From Paramoeba atlantica (taxonomy: Eukaryota; Protista; Discosea), in assembly GCA_977017575.1 (NCBI GenBank), contig CDRNVI010000026.1, positions 186,001 through 250,000 on the forward strand: a stretch of 64,000 nt of DNA. Reading direction: 5' to 3'. Below, piece after piece: positions 53,844 to 64,000 of the stretch. Every line of letters begins with the position of its first letter. The stretch's first letter is position 1. A model generated the notes under the pieces. That model saw only the letters and a list, made by a program, of their open reading frames with translations. It was not told the DNA's origin and did not search any database. The position numbers were made by a program, and so were the translations under genes.

Positions 53844-55588
53844 TCACATTTTGTTACTAGAGGGGGGACCCATAGGTACTTGGGGTAACTTGGCTGCTTC
53901 ATAAACACTTGGGAACTTGTGAATACCTATCGTGTCCCACCAATTCATTTCTGTACGTTGTCGAGATGGGTCCCACTCGTAATCGGTGCAAAAAAGGTAG
54001 GATTTCCACTCATGCTCAGAGATATGAAAAATAGGTGTTTCACCACGAAACAAATCATTAGTTCGTTCAACTGATAGTGGTGTAAAACCTGCTTTTCTAG
54101 CTCGCAGGGATATAAAGTCCGGCGCGAACCACATAATATCATCCCAGAACTTCATATTATGCTTATTCTTGAGGCGAGAAAGATGATTCACCAAAGCTTG
54201 TCGTAAAGGAGAGTACCCAGTTTCTCCTTCCCTGATGCGGGTAAGCTTCTGTATCATGGGCCACACGGCAGTCACCATCAGAATGCCTCCTAAGTCCGAA
54301 ACTTGGTTCAGCGCATCACGTACGGGAGCAAGTCGATTGCAAAATTCTTGAGCTTGTGATATGATACCGTGGATAGATTGCGCGCTAATATTTTCGGCAC
54401 ATTTCCTCACCGACTGACTGACCCTAGGGTTTTTCATTTCCTCCTTGATAAAAGCAGCAACCGTTGGCACGTGTGAAGCAAGGAAATCGATAAAAGTAAA
54501 CTTGTAACTATGGAACTCAATGTCTCGATAAGAATTTCTGCAGTTTCCTTCCCATTAAAGGCTTTGCGTTTCGGATGGTACATTGGAGTCAACAAGAAGT
54601 AACTGCTTCCAACGTACAGTACACCTACTAGTACGTGCTCGCTTAACACTTTATGAATCCTGGCGTCCACAGCAAAGCCAAAAAATGCTTCAAGGGTAAT
54701 AGCACTGATAATGGTACCCCATATTTCGTCCGCTAGTTCTTTCTCCCACTTCCGTAATATTGTATGATCTTGCGATAAAGTGGAAAGAACCTCACCCCGC
54801 GTGGCGCCTAGTGTGCGCAACTCCTTGTAGGAACATAAAAGCGTGTGTGCTGCTTTGCAAGAAAGGTTCGTTTGCGACACAAGACAAGGGATACATCGCT
54901 GTACGAAGGTTAGTGTACTCCTCTCAGACCTTTCGACCTAGGCGTCTGTTCCCAAGGATTCTTGTGAAACCCCCTCACGAGCAGAGCAAATGTGTCTTAT
55001 GTGGTGGTAGTAGTGATTGTTGTGCGAGGAGTGCCCTACCCATGTGCAGTCAATGCATTTCAAGTAGGTGCGCTGTCCCATTGCATTCACGTGGTAGGGG
55101 CGAGGATAACGTAATTCGCATTCCCGGCAGTCTTTGCTTCGATTCTATTCGTCCTTGCTGCTTCCTGCTGGAGCCGTACATCCCAAACAACGCTCCTTTA
55201 TAAATTTCGCCCTAATACGAGGATACTTCATTGGATCAACGTCTGATTTTTCTTCTTTATGCGCATTTTCAAGAAGCTGAGCAGGTGATAACTCAATTTC
55301 CGCCTCCAGGAAAGATATCATTGTGCGACGCTGCTGCACTGGTACGTAAGCGACCTTGGAGAATGGCGTGTTTGAAGCCTGAGACTGATCGACCCTTTCG
55401 GGTTGAGTCAATTGGTCAGGTGATACTGTGATGTTTCCGGGAAGAATAAGTGAAGCCCGTGGCTGAGATTTCCTTAGAATGTTCGGAGGGGTGGATCCAG
55501 GAGGCAGTGATATCCTATTACGTTGAGAACGCAAAAAAAATAGAAATACTGTGGGCACTGTTTTTAATCTAGAAATATTGATGCACAA
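53844..55588 (-). pseudogene. Internally deleted, frameshifted hAT-like transposase related to 43420..45639
   Basis: FGFAVDA...SEHVLVGVLYVG...FNGKETAE and HNMKFWDDIMWFAP...WW...FPSVYEAA align to the 739-aa ORF. Confidence 0.78.
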
Positions 55589-56515
55589 TCAGTTTAATAT
55601 ATGTTTGAAAATATGGTATGAACTTTTATTAAATGAACTAATTGCAAGAAAATGAACACCTACAAGTTGTAAATTATAACTTGTATTACAGTAATTCGCA
55701 CCCCGTTTCTCTTTTGCGTTCTCTTTTGCGTTTTCTCCCCCCACGATTGATGCGTTATTGATATGCCTCAGGTCCTTGTTTTATTTGATAGACACATTGC
55801 TCTGAAACGTGGTGCTTTTTGGAAAGCGATTTTAGGGATTCACTCGATCTGCTGATCGGTAGCTTATCCTTCATAGAAAGGCTCTTTTTCGTGTGATGAG
55901 GGGGTTCTGTGGCGAATGATGGGGTGGGGGTAGATGTTAAGGCTTTGGCGAGGGGTCCAACTCGGGGGGCTGGTTCTCAAGACCTGATCCAGCCTGTCAG
56001 TGGCCCAATTGACATGATAAATATTCTTCTCTTGGGACCTGACTGGGTTTGTCTCGGTTTGCCTCGGTTTGCAGTGTACTGGTTTCAGCCCTAGTAGGGG
56101 AGTTACAGTATCGAACGATTCGCGCGAGATTACGTGGCCCGACGCGAGATCACGTGAGACCATATGAGATCACGCGAGATCATACCCGCAGTCCCTCAAA
56201 TATTTCATTTAAGCCCACCTTCCTTTTTCATGGAAAGTATGTCTAAGAATTCGGCAAGAAAAAAATCCACGGATCGTCGGAGTCTCAGCTCGATATGCAC
56301 TTAACCGGGGGAGGGGGAGTGGCTACTCGGCTGCACTCAAATGTGGGGGACAGTAAATAATTTAACTTCACGAGCGAAAGCATTATTTTTACAAAATAGT
56401 GTATTTAAATGGTTAGGGTGAATACTCAGGGAATACTCAGGGAAGCACGAACAGGTCTCCTTGGAGGCCTGAGAGGATTTTCTGTAAGCGGCGTCACAGC
56501 TTAACATGCCGGGGG

Positions 56516-56582
56516 GGCATGTTATGGTGCTACAGGCATGTTATGGTGCTACAGGCATGTAATGGTGTTACAGGCATGTTAA
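56516..56582. repeat. 19-bp tandem repeat GGCATGTTATGGTGCTACA, about 3.5 copies
   Basis: Directly visible; no spacers. Confidence 0.8.
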
Positions 56583-56985
56583 TTTTCTCAACCTCCGTTT
56601 GAAAAAATAAGGAAAGCAATCGACACAAAACTTCTTCATGAAAAAGGTCGGAGAACTCTACTGTCAGTAGCTCAACATCTTAATCAGCAGCTTCGTCTTC
56701 CTCGTCATGATCCTCTTCTTCTTCCTTCTCGTCTTTCTTTTCCTCGCCCTCTTCCTCTTCTTCACAGGATTCCTCACGAGTATGGCCCTGATTCGGCATT
56801 GAAAAATAACACAGAAATATCCTGAAGAGAGGCTTAAAAGAAATAAATGATTAAACCGCCTCATACAGCACATTGTACCATGATTTCAACCCACAAGCAT
56901 ATAACAAGCCTTTCGTTTCCATTTTTAGAACTTCTTTCCCTTTTCTGTTGTTACCACCCCCCTCCTACCCCTCCTCTGTACCCCA

Positions 56986-59364
56986 ATGAACAACATTGAC
57001 GTCCACGTTCGTGTCCTCCCCACAAGCGATTGTATGTGGCGCACCGGCCCCAACCACCTCTCCCCCTGCGGGAAACCCGAGACCTACGCCTTCACCCACG
57101 TCCACGGCACCACCAGCACCAACCGTGACGTGTTCACTACGCTACGCCCCTTGGTCGCGCAAACCAGTGCCGGGATGAATGTCACCATCCTCGCCTACGG
57201 CCCCACAGGAAGTGGCAAGACCCACACCATGCTGGGTACGCCCTCCGACCCCGGGGTATTCTTTTTGGCGGCCCAGGAGATGGTCGCGGAGGCCTCGATG
57301 GTGGCCAGTGCCCTCCCGGCCCCGACCCGGGACCGGATTGACCATGCCGTGCGTAGTCTCCAGCAAGGGAGGGGCAATGGGCTACCCTCGGATTCCACGA
57401 CGGATGGGCCCGAAACAGGAGCACAGAATTGGGTAGACCCCTCCGGTTCTTCAGGGGGGATGGCGTGTCCCTATGGTTTACGGGCCGCCTACCTGGAGGT
57501 GTATAATGAGCAAATTCGGGACTTGTTGCAAACGCCCCCGGGGGAGGTGGAGATCCGAGAGAGCCCGGACCGCTCGGTGTTTCTCGAGAACCTCTCCTGG
57601 CACCCGTTTGCCTCCCTCCCGGAGTTACAACGGTTGGTGCTTCGAGGGGAGGCGGAGCGCTCGGTGGCCTCTACCCAGTTAAACGACCACAGTAGTCGCT
57701 CCCACACGATTCTCGCCATTGAACGTGTCCAGGTCGTGTACAATCCTGAAACCACCCCTCCCTCTTTCCCCTCCCACACCACGGAGCCACCGAACGCCCA
57801 ACCCCCGACCCCCGCTTTATCCCTCCGCAAATGTCCCGGGGTTCTCCACCTCGTCGACCTCGCGGGCTCCGAGAGCGCCAGCCGGGCCCAAACCACCGGC
57901 CCCTCCCTCCGCGAGGGGGGCTACATCAACAAATCCCTCCTCGCCCTCGGCAACGTCGTCGATGCCCTCGTCGAGGCCCGCCCCCACATCCCCTACCGCG
58001 AGAGCAAACTCACCCGGGTCCTCTCCGGCGCCCTCGGGGGCAATGCCCACACCGCCGTCCTCTGCTGTCTCAACTCCCAGACCCCCAACTACGAGCAAGC
58101 CCTCACCGTGCTGCGGTTCGCCCAGCGCTGCCAGCGCGTCCTGCTCCACCCCACCACCCACAACCCCCAGCCCCCGAGCTGTCTCCCCCTGGTCGTGGAA
58201 GCCGCCGCGGGGATCCGACACGGGGCCCGGGCCCTGGTGCGCCCGACCTATGCCGCGGGGCGCCACGACGGGACGCGAGCCGTACTCCGGGCCACCCAGC
58301 GCGCGACGGAGGTTGCCACCCACTGGTTTGTGGAACAAGCCAACGAGGCGGTGACCCGACATGAGGGGTTTTGGCATGAGCTCCGAAGCGGTCTCATGAG
58401 CGCACGCGAGCAGGTCCGGGACCAGGTCGCGGGGCTGCGTCGGAGTGTGGCCGCGCTCGGGCAGTTTGTGGAAAAGGAGACCGCGGCCTCCGCGGGGGCA
58501 CAGGCCCAGGTGGAGGAGAGGGTGCGGGAGGTGCGGGGGTGTGAGGGGGAGGTGGGGGAATTGAAACGGGCCACCGCGGAGCTGCGTCGGATGGCGGAGT
58601 TGCAGGAGAGGCAGCGGGAGACGGTGGATCGGCAGGGGAAGATGGATTTGGATAAGGCCGAGGCGGCGTTGGCGCAGGATTTACGGCGCTGTAGTGAGGC
58701 GATGCAGGAGGCCTCCCAGGGGGAGAAATATCGGGAGGCCGAGGACCAGCGTAGGGCAGCTGCGGCGGCGGCGCAAAAGAGTGCCCAAAAAGAGAGTGAC
58801 GCCTTGGATTTGCAAATCGCGGAACTCGAGCACCAGTTACGTCTTGTGGAGGGGAGAAATCGGACCGCGGAGCTCGCCGCGCAAAGGGCAGATTCTTTAC
58901 GTGAGATGGTTGACCGGGAGAAATGTAAACTAGCGGAACTGGATGTACAAGTAGAGCGTTTGAAGGAACAGCTCGCGACCGTGAGAGGAGGTACCAGGAC
59001 GAAGGAGGTGACAAAGGAGATTCTTGCGGGGGGTGTAGCGGTGGGATCTGAAACAAACGTAGAGGGGAGTGCGGGAGAGAGCTTAACTCCGTCACAGAAA
59101 CCGTTGACTCCGACACTGGGATGCCTTACGGGTACCTTGCGCGACCGCACCAATGTACCCTTGGAGAAGGAGAACGACAAACTGTTGGACGGGAAAGAGC
59201 TCTTTTGTAGCAAAAGTCCAGGGTTTTACGGCAAAGGAGAGCTGAGCCTTATTCTTGAAACGGTGGAGGACGAACTGCAGGATTTAGGAGCAAAGAAAAC
59301 GACCCCAGCGAAGCGAAAGAAAAGTGCAACGCGGCCTGCCCGACGAAAACCAAAGCGAGCTTAG
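56986..59364 (+). CDS. Kinesin (N-terminal motor domain, coiled-coil tail)
   Basis: AYGPTGSGKTHT (P-loop), YLEVYNE, NDHSSRSH, LVDLAGSE, HIPYRESKLT. Polypyrimidine tract upstream. Confidence 0.95.
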   Translation: MNNIDVHVRVLPTSDCMWRTGPNHLSPCGKPETYAFTHVHGTTSTNRDVFTTLRPLVAQTSAGMNVTILAYGPTGSGKTHTMLGTPSDPGVFFLAAQEMVAEASMVASALPAPTRDRIDHAVRSLQQGRGNGLPSDSTTDGPETGAQNWVDPSGSSGGMACPYGLRAAYLEVYNEQIRDLLQTPPGEVEIRESPDRSVFLENLSWHPFASLPELQRLVLRGEAERSVASTQLNDHSSRSHTILAIERVQVVYNPETTPPSFPSHTTEPPNAQPPTPALSLRKCPGVLHLVDLAGSESASRAQTTGPSLREGGYINKSLLALGNVVDALVEARPHIPYRESKLTRVLSGALGGNAHTAVLCCLNSQTPNYEQALTVLRFAQRCQRVLLHPTTHNPQPPSCLPLVVEAAAGIRHGARALVRPTYAAGRHDGTRAVLRATQRATEVATHWFVEQANEAVTRHEGFWHELRSGLMSAREQVRDQVAGLRRSVAALGQFVEKETAASAGAQAQVEERVREVRGCEGEVGELKRATAELRRMAELQERQRETVDRQGKMDLDKAEAALAQDLRRCSEAMQEASQGEKYREAEDQRRAAAAAAQKSAQKESDALDLQIAELEHQLRLVEGRNRTAELAAQRADSLREMVDREKCKLAELDVQVERLKEQLATVRGGTRTKEVTKEILAGGVAVGSETNVEGSAGESLTPSQKPLTPTLGCLTGTLRDRTNVPLEKENDKLLDGKELFCSKSPGFYGKGELSLILETVEDELQDLGAKKTTPAKRKKSATRPARRKPKRA

Positions 59365-59709
59365 TGATCCTGTTGCATTGCCATTCACACCCCTTGTGTT
59401 TTACCTAGATGATATTGTAATTCTTAGAGAATTTAGCATAGGAGCTGTCCGTCAAGGTTTTCGCCTTTTTAGAAACTCTAGTTTCATGTAGTATCGCATC
59501 TTGCGTTTACGTGCTATGTTTTTATTGTACATGCATGGACTATGGTGTATATGGTGTATAAGGAGTTAAGCTATCTAAGCTGTACATTGGTAATGCACCA
59601 TCATTTCTTAATACGTTTTACCTAATCTATCTGCACAAGATTAGGGGTTCAAAGACGATAAAAGTTTGAAGTTTTACACTTTAATATTTAAATATTCCAC
59701 TGAATCAAC

Positions 59710-60132
59710 ATGTCAAGTGAGAATGATGAGGCAGTGAATATTCTTCTCACGAAGCTCCTCAAGGAGAGGTATTGCTACGCTCAAAACAACGATTACGAGG
59801 CTTGTGTGGCAAATTATGTCCCTTTGCAGGGCGATGGAAGCTACGTGGAGCAATCTCTTCAACGGAAGGGACGGAAAATTTGTGATCCCTACATGAATGT
59901 GTTGCAACAGTGTATGCAGGATGAGAAGAAACACCATACCATTATGAAGCACGCCTCGCAGCAATCCGAGTGCAAAGCGGAGCGTCAGCAGTACATGAAG
60001 TGTCAACGACTACACGCGTCCTCCGGTGCGTCTGAGGCCTGTGAGCAGGAAGCGAGGGAAATGCTCATGTGCGGTCTAGCTTTCATGCTGCAGAAGAACC
60101 GGCAACGTCAACAGCAGAGACAGCATCAATGA
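59710..60132 (+). CDS. Four-CX9C (double CHCH) protein, probably mitochondrial intermembrane space
   Basis: CYAQNNDYEAC, CDPYMNVLQQC, CKAERQQYMKC, CEQEAREMLMC. Confidence 0.8.
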   Translation: MSSENDEAVNILLTKLLKERYCYAQNNDYEACVANYVPLQGDGSYVEQSLQRKGRKICDPYMNVLQQCMQDEKKHHTIMKHASQQSECKAERQQYMKCQRLHASSGASEACEQEAREMLMCGLAFMLQKNRQRQQQRQHQ

Positions 60133-60898
60133 TTTTGTTCGTGTTTATGGTAAAAATATTGATGGGATCTTATGAATGCCGTTGTCCAACATCAATGCTT
60201 TCCTCGGCGGTATTCTTTTTCGTATATTAAAACAAGTCGCTTTACAAAACACTGTATGTTTGTACCGAATTCCTAAACGACGTGTAGATGATTTTCTATT
60301 TTGAGATACTCCATATTCAGGAGTTACACCAATTTACTAGATTATTATTTATTTTAAAAGAAAAACTTTTATAAATTTCGATCTTAAAGCGTCGAACGAA
60401 TGATGAGGAAAGCTTGCATCACTAAACCTCTTTAAAAAAATCCGTTCAAGAACTGCCAATGGGTTACTGTGCCAAGATATAGTGCCAAGAGGTAACATGA
60501 TGGGTATTCACGATTCTGGAACATTTTGACATCGACTCATCGATTCGAATTACATCGAGTCAATTTTGAGAGTCGATTTCTCGTCCATGAAAAGACGTTC
60601 GGCGCATGGTACCTCAAACTTTGAGGCTCAAAGTCTCATCGGGGTTCCTGTGACGGGTAGTTCCGGAATGTTAGGAGTTGTTCGGGGCTCCAATATTGAC
60701 GATCTGCTACTCTACCATGGCGTGTGCCGCGCGTTTGGCGTCAGCCTCTTAAGTGCAATAAAAATGAGTAAAAACCGATGTAAAAACTTAGCTTTTCTGA
60801 GAAGGGGATCATTATCGACAAGACTGTATGCTAAAGGACAAGATTTTCTTATTTTACTTCTAAACGCTTTATAACGTATGCTAGACTTTGCCTAGAGC

Positions 60899-61105
60899 AT
60901 GCTGTGTGCCTGTATTTGGAAAATACTTAAACTGCTCTGCTTTGCGACACTAATATACTTGGCCTGTAGCATTCCGGAGTATCGATCAGTCTTCGGCACA
61001 GCTGCGGCGTTAGTTGTAGTGATCGGGTTTCGCTTATGGCGAAGGATTAACTGTTGTTCACGAAGTGAAATAGCACAAAACCCCGAAATGCGTCCCGTAC
61101 GTTAA
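60899..61105 (+). CDS. Possible small membrane protein (68 aa)
   Basis: Two hydrophobic stretches followed by basic residues; same strand as the host genes. No homology recognised. Confidence 0.3.
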   Translation: MLCACIWKILKLLCFATLIYLACSIPEYRSVFGTAAALVVVIGFRLWRRINCCSRSEIAQNPEMRPVR

Positions 61106-62961
61106 GTTTGAGGGGATAGATATACCGCGTACTACTGTATACTACTGTAGTTTTACCGTTCTTATTGATTCACACACAAAGATTGGAACTGGATCCAAAG
61201 TTTTGCAATGTTATGAAGCAAATGTCCGAAACAAGTAAGAAGAGCAATGTGAGGACTGAGAAGTTGACCTCAGGACGATATTCTCACGATCTGTGCTCCC
61301 AATCGGTGTAGAACGACTGCTTTATCAGTAATTGGGTCATGTTGACACTATTGAAAGCTCTCCCGCGCGGATGATGCATAGGAGGTAGTAAAAAGTGTCC
61401 ATGTTTTCCCTGTTACTTTTCCGAAAGATTGTCTACCCCATCGCGGTAAATTCAGCGGTAAGAGCAAGAGCAGCGGTAAGAGAGTCGGACTCTCTTCAAA
61501 TCTGTATGAATTTCTAAATCTGTGCGTAAAAAAAGTACGTAATTCCTACTCCTCGTTCGCAATTTTCTTGGCAGACAATCGTTTGCGTTGCTGAGCGGTC
61601 CCAAAGGTGTGGAGGATTGGCAGCACGATTTTCCACGGGTTGGATCGGAATCTCAATTCGGAAAAGAATAATATGTGTTTGTCGGAAGGGAGTTACGATA
61701 GATAACTCAATGCGGCGTGAAGCTCGTGACCACCGTTGCTGTACATGTAGTGTGCAGCTAGAAGGTGAGATGCACAGCAACCAAGAGCAAATTTGGCCGA
61801 CAGGATTTTAAATCATAAATCATTTATGAACATCATCGATTCTTTTGTTCAGCAATACGGATCATGAATACTCAGTACTACTACTATAACCTCTTATTCC
61901 ATACCGTAAGTTGTTATCGATTGTATCCAACCCAAAATGGAGAAGTTCGGGACCTCCTCGCGGTCTTGCCTGACACTGCCATTTATTGATGGTACCTAAC
62001 GCTGACCTAAGAACACTCGCAAACTGATATTATTAAGGATACATGTACTCTGACCCCCACTTAATTGTCATACCCTAACTACAATTGTCCGTTTTTTTTC
62101 CTCGAAAAAGTGGTGACAAATAAGGGGGGAAAGTCACAGTACTATACGTCGTACTATACAATGATATACGTTTAATATCGTTCTCGTGTCTTTTGTGTTA
62201 TCTACTCTACACTCTGTCTGATGATTCTGCTTAACAAAGCATTTTATACTATGACATTCATGATAAACTTCGTCTTTCGCTCCTATCTGATTTTTCGGTC
62301 AAAGGGGCATATTTTTGTACCAAGTATTTTTTTCAATGAAATTTCTCCCCGACGAGTAGAAAAAAGTTCTTAAATATACAAAAACATTTTATCGTTCCTC
62401 ATTAGTACTATCCAGAAATATTACGAATACTTGTATTGCGGGATTGCAATCACCTTTCACCTTCGCACAGTGCTGAAGTGTTTTTATACATTCTAGGAAG
62501 GAATGTTCATCCCGTACCTCGATGGTATGAATTAATTCACTCAAATGTATCACACCCTTCGCAGTCAAAGCTCATATTAAATGTGATTTTAAGGGTGGTC
62601 CAAACTTTCTTTGCATAACGGTTCCTTAGTAATGAAAGATTCCAATAAATTATCAGAAATTATTCAAATATTATAAAAATCGTTTTCAGTCAGTCGGAAG
62701 AGTTGGTACAAAAATTTCCTTTTCACTCAATTATCACACCAGTGGCAGAGAACTCGGGGAGGGGGGGGGTCGATGAATGGTGATCAAACGTGCAGTCCGT
62801 GCAATGAACGATTGTTTTTTTGAAAAGGAGTGGAAAATGCGATTTTATCGCTCACTTACCTTGATTCTCAGGAAACCACCTTGTGGAGCGTCGAGATGTA
62901 CAGAAACAGTACCTTTATCTGTAAAAGGAATAATTCCCTGTATGCATGTTTTTTCAGCGCA

Positions 62962-63330
62962 AAAACGGTTTTTTTTTGCAATTAATAGGGGGAGGGAGAA
63001 GTCTGGAACGCGGCATTGCCTCTATTTTTTTACCCAGTATTTGAACCATGGTCCATATTTGAAAACAAGCTACTACGTAAGGTATATAGAAACTATAAAA
63101 CCAACTTTGCCACTTCCCAACTTTCCCACCTCCCCTTACCCAACTTCCACCTTTCCAGAGAGGGTAAGGCTCGGAAGGAAGACGTCCTCCGGTCGGTTCA
63201 AGGCGCCCCCTGGACCCCTATTCCCAAGGCTTTTTTCACGTCTCCATGCTTACACGTGTATGTCCAGTGGGAAAGTGCGGTTCTCCTTGGGACATGTGAT
63301 TTCTTCCCCGTAGACCGGAACTCCCATATT
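62962..63330 (-). mobile_element. Degenerate 3' end of a CRE-clade element with poly(A) tail
   Basis: KKALGIGVQGAP resembles AIGVAIQKGNA. CCTTACCCTC.CTG and ACTGGGTAAAAA.TAGA.GCAATGC.GCGTT...CCCCTATTAATTGC(A)8 match 8315-8675. Confidence 0.75.
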
Positions 63331-63435
63331 GCATCATACAGGTAAGCCTGCAGAGATTTATATGGTGAAAACGCGCACAATACGCGTTTTTGTCACCTGT
63401 TTCTATTCAGCAGCACTGAGAATGTTCTCCTGCAT

Positions 63436-63630
63436 CTAATTTTTGTCGTTGCGGTGTTGATACACTATGAAGCTCCCACTCAGAGCCTGCACGGTCATAT
63501 TGCGCCGGCACTCAGCCACCAGCTCATCATCACCCATAAATAGAGAGTTGAGAGTTCGCCCAGCACTACTTATTTTCCCTCTCGCTCCGACTTCGAAAAC
63601 GAGTAGGAAAGTGCGGGACAAGAACGGAAT
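63436..63630 (-). pseudogene. C-terminal RLE fragment of a family A/B-like element
   Basis: LLVFEVGARG...LF.GD..L...CR...AL..SF aligns with the family B C-terminus. Confidence 0.7.
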
Positions 63631-63798
63631 TCCGTTGGGTTGAAGGCGTGACCGGTACCTCTGGACGAACGCCTAGCTACTAGCCTCTTTCCGGTTCTAG
63701 GACAGCCAGCGTGCGCGTGTCCATGTTCATCTCATACGTCGATGGTGGGGTTTAATTCACTCAAATGTATCATACCCTTCGCAGTCAAAGCTCATAGG

Positions 63799-64000
63799 AA
63801 GCTAGTCCTAGTGGACGTGAAGATGGTAAACCCACTGGCCCCGTCCTACGTGGACAAGGAGGCAGCTGAGCCCTCCTTCACCGTGAGGCAGGCTGAGCAC
63901 CTCAAAAGGCGCACTCACGAGGAAATGGCGGGGGCCAGGGAGATGGATTTCTTCCCTTTGGCCTTCACCACGTACGGTGTCCCCGGCCCCGAGACCCTCC
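63799..64000 (+). mobile_element. Heavily 5'-truncated copy of the CRE-like element at 861-8681 (runs off the window)
   Basis: Near-identical to about 7876-8077 (CTAGTCCTAGTGGACGTG...CCCGAGACCCTCC). Confidence 0.9.

Noticed and set aside
56664-56873. Basic or acidic low-complexity ORF
   Set aside because: Arises from a purine-rich (GAA/GAG) tract with no credible start; not supportable as a gene.
57817-59213. Long antisense ORFs over the kinesin (and over the CRE and family B ORFs)
   Set aside because: Shadow ORFs of GC-rich coding sequence with no recognisable motifs.
60130-62300. Short ORFs between the CX9C gene and the right-hand repeats
   Set aside because: No motifs or coding bias recognised, apart from the low-confidence 68-aa ORF.

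Overview
Eukaryotic, intron-less, transposon-saturated DNA, almost certainly from a kinetoplastid. The evidence is spliced-leader (SL) exon core sequences, CRE/SLACS/CZAR-like and VIPER/TATE-like retroelements, and co-oriented host genes preceded by polypyrimidine tracts. The LRR family style suggests a Perkinsela-like lineage, which is inference only. Host genes, all on +, are six 22-residue-repeat LRR genes, a kinesin and a four-CX9C protein. 1-9702 is a near-identical copy of 16396-26097 (offset 16395; one substitution noticed). Each copy holds a three-level nest: an RLE non-LTR retrotransposon (family A), interrupted by a two-ORF CRE-like element (10-bp TSD), interrupted by a PIF/Harbinger-like DNA transposon (ATT TSD). 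Both interrupted reading frames can be rebuilt across the junctions. A related near-complete element (family B) lies tail-to-tail on the minus strand. Further right are a hAT-like transposase, a VIPER/TATE-like gag-YR-RT/RH element, short elements sharing the CRE 3' tail, and several remnants. The most striking signal is an apparently SL-headed retroelement system. Families A and B each begin with the 3' part of an SL exon in spliced form (no GT intron). They replace the usual C2H2/Myb region with shuffled arrays of Mer3/HFM1-like CxHxCx5CxHxCCK zinc motifs and NUMOD1-like domains. A 576-bp non-coding element that also begins with the SL and carries a repeated 67-nt structured module is inserted in the VIPER RT gene, with partial copies elsewhere. 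All comparisons were made by eye and no searches were run. Many frameshifts may be sequencing errors.
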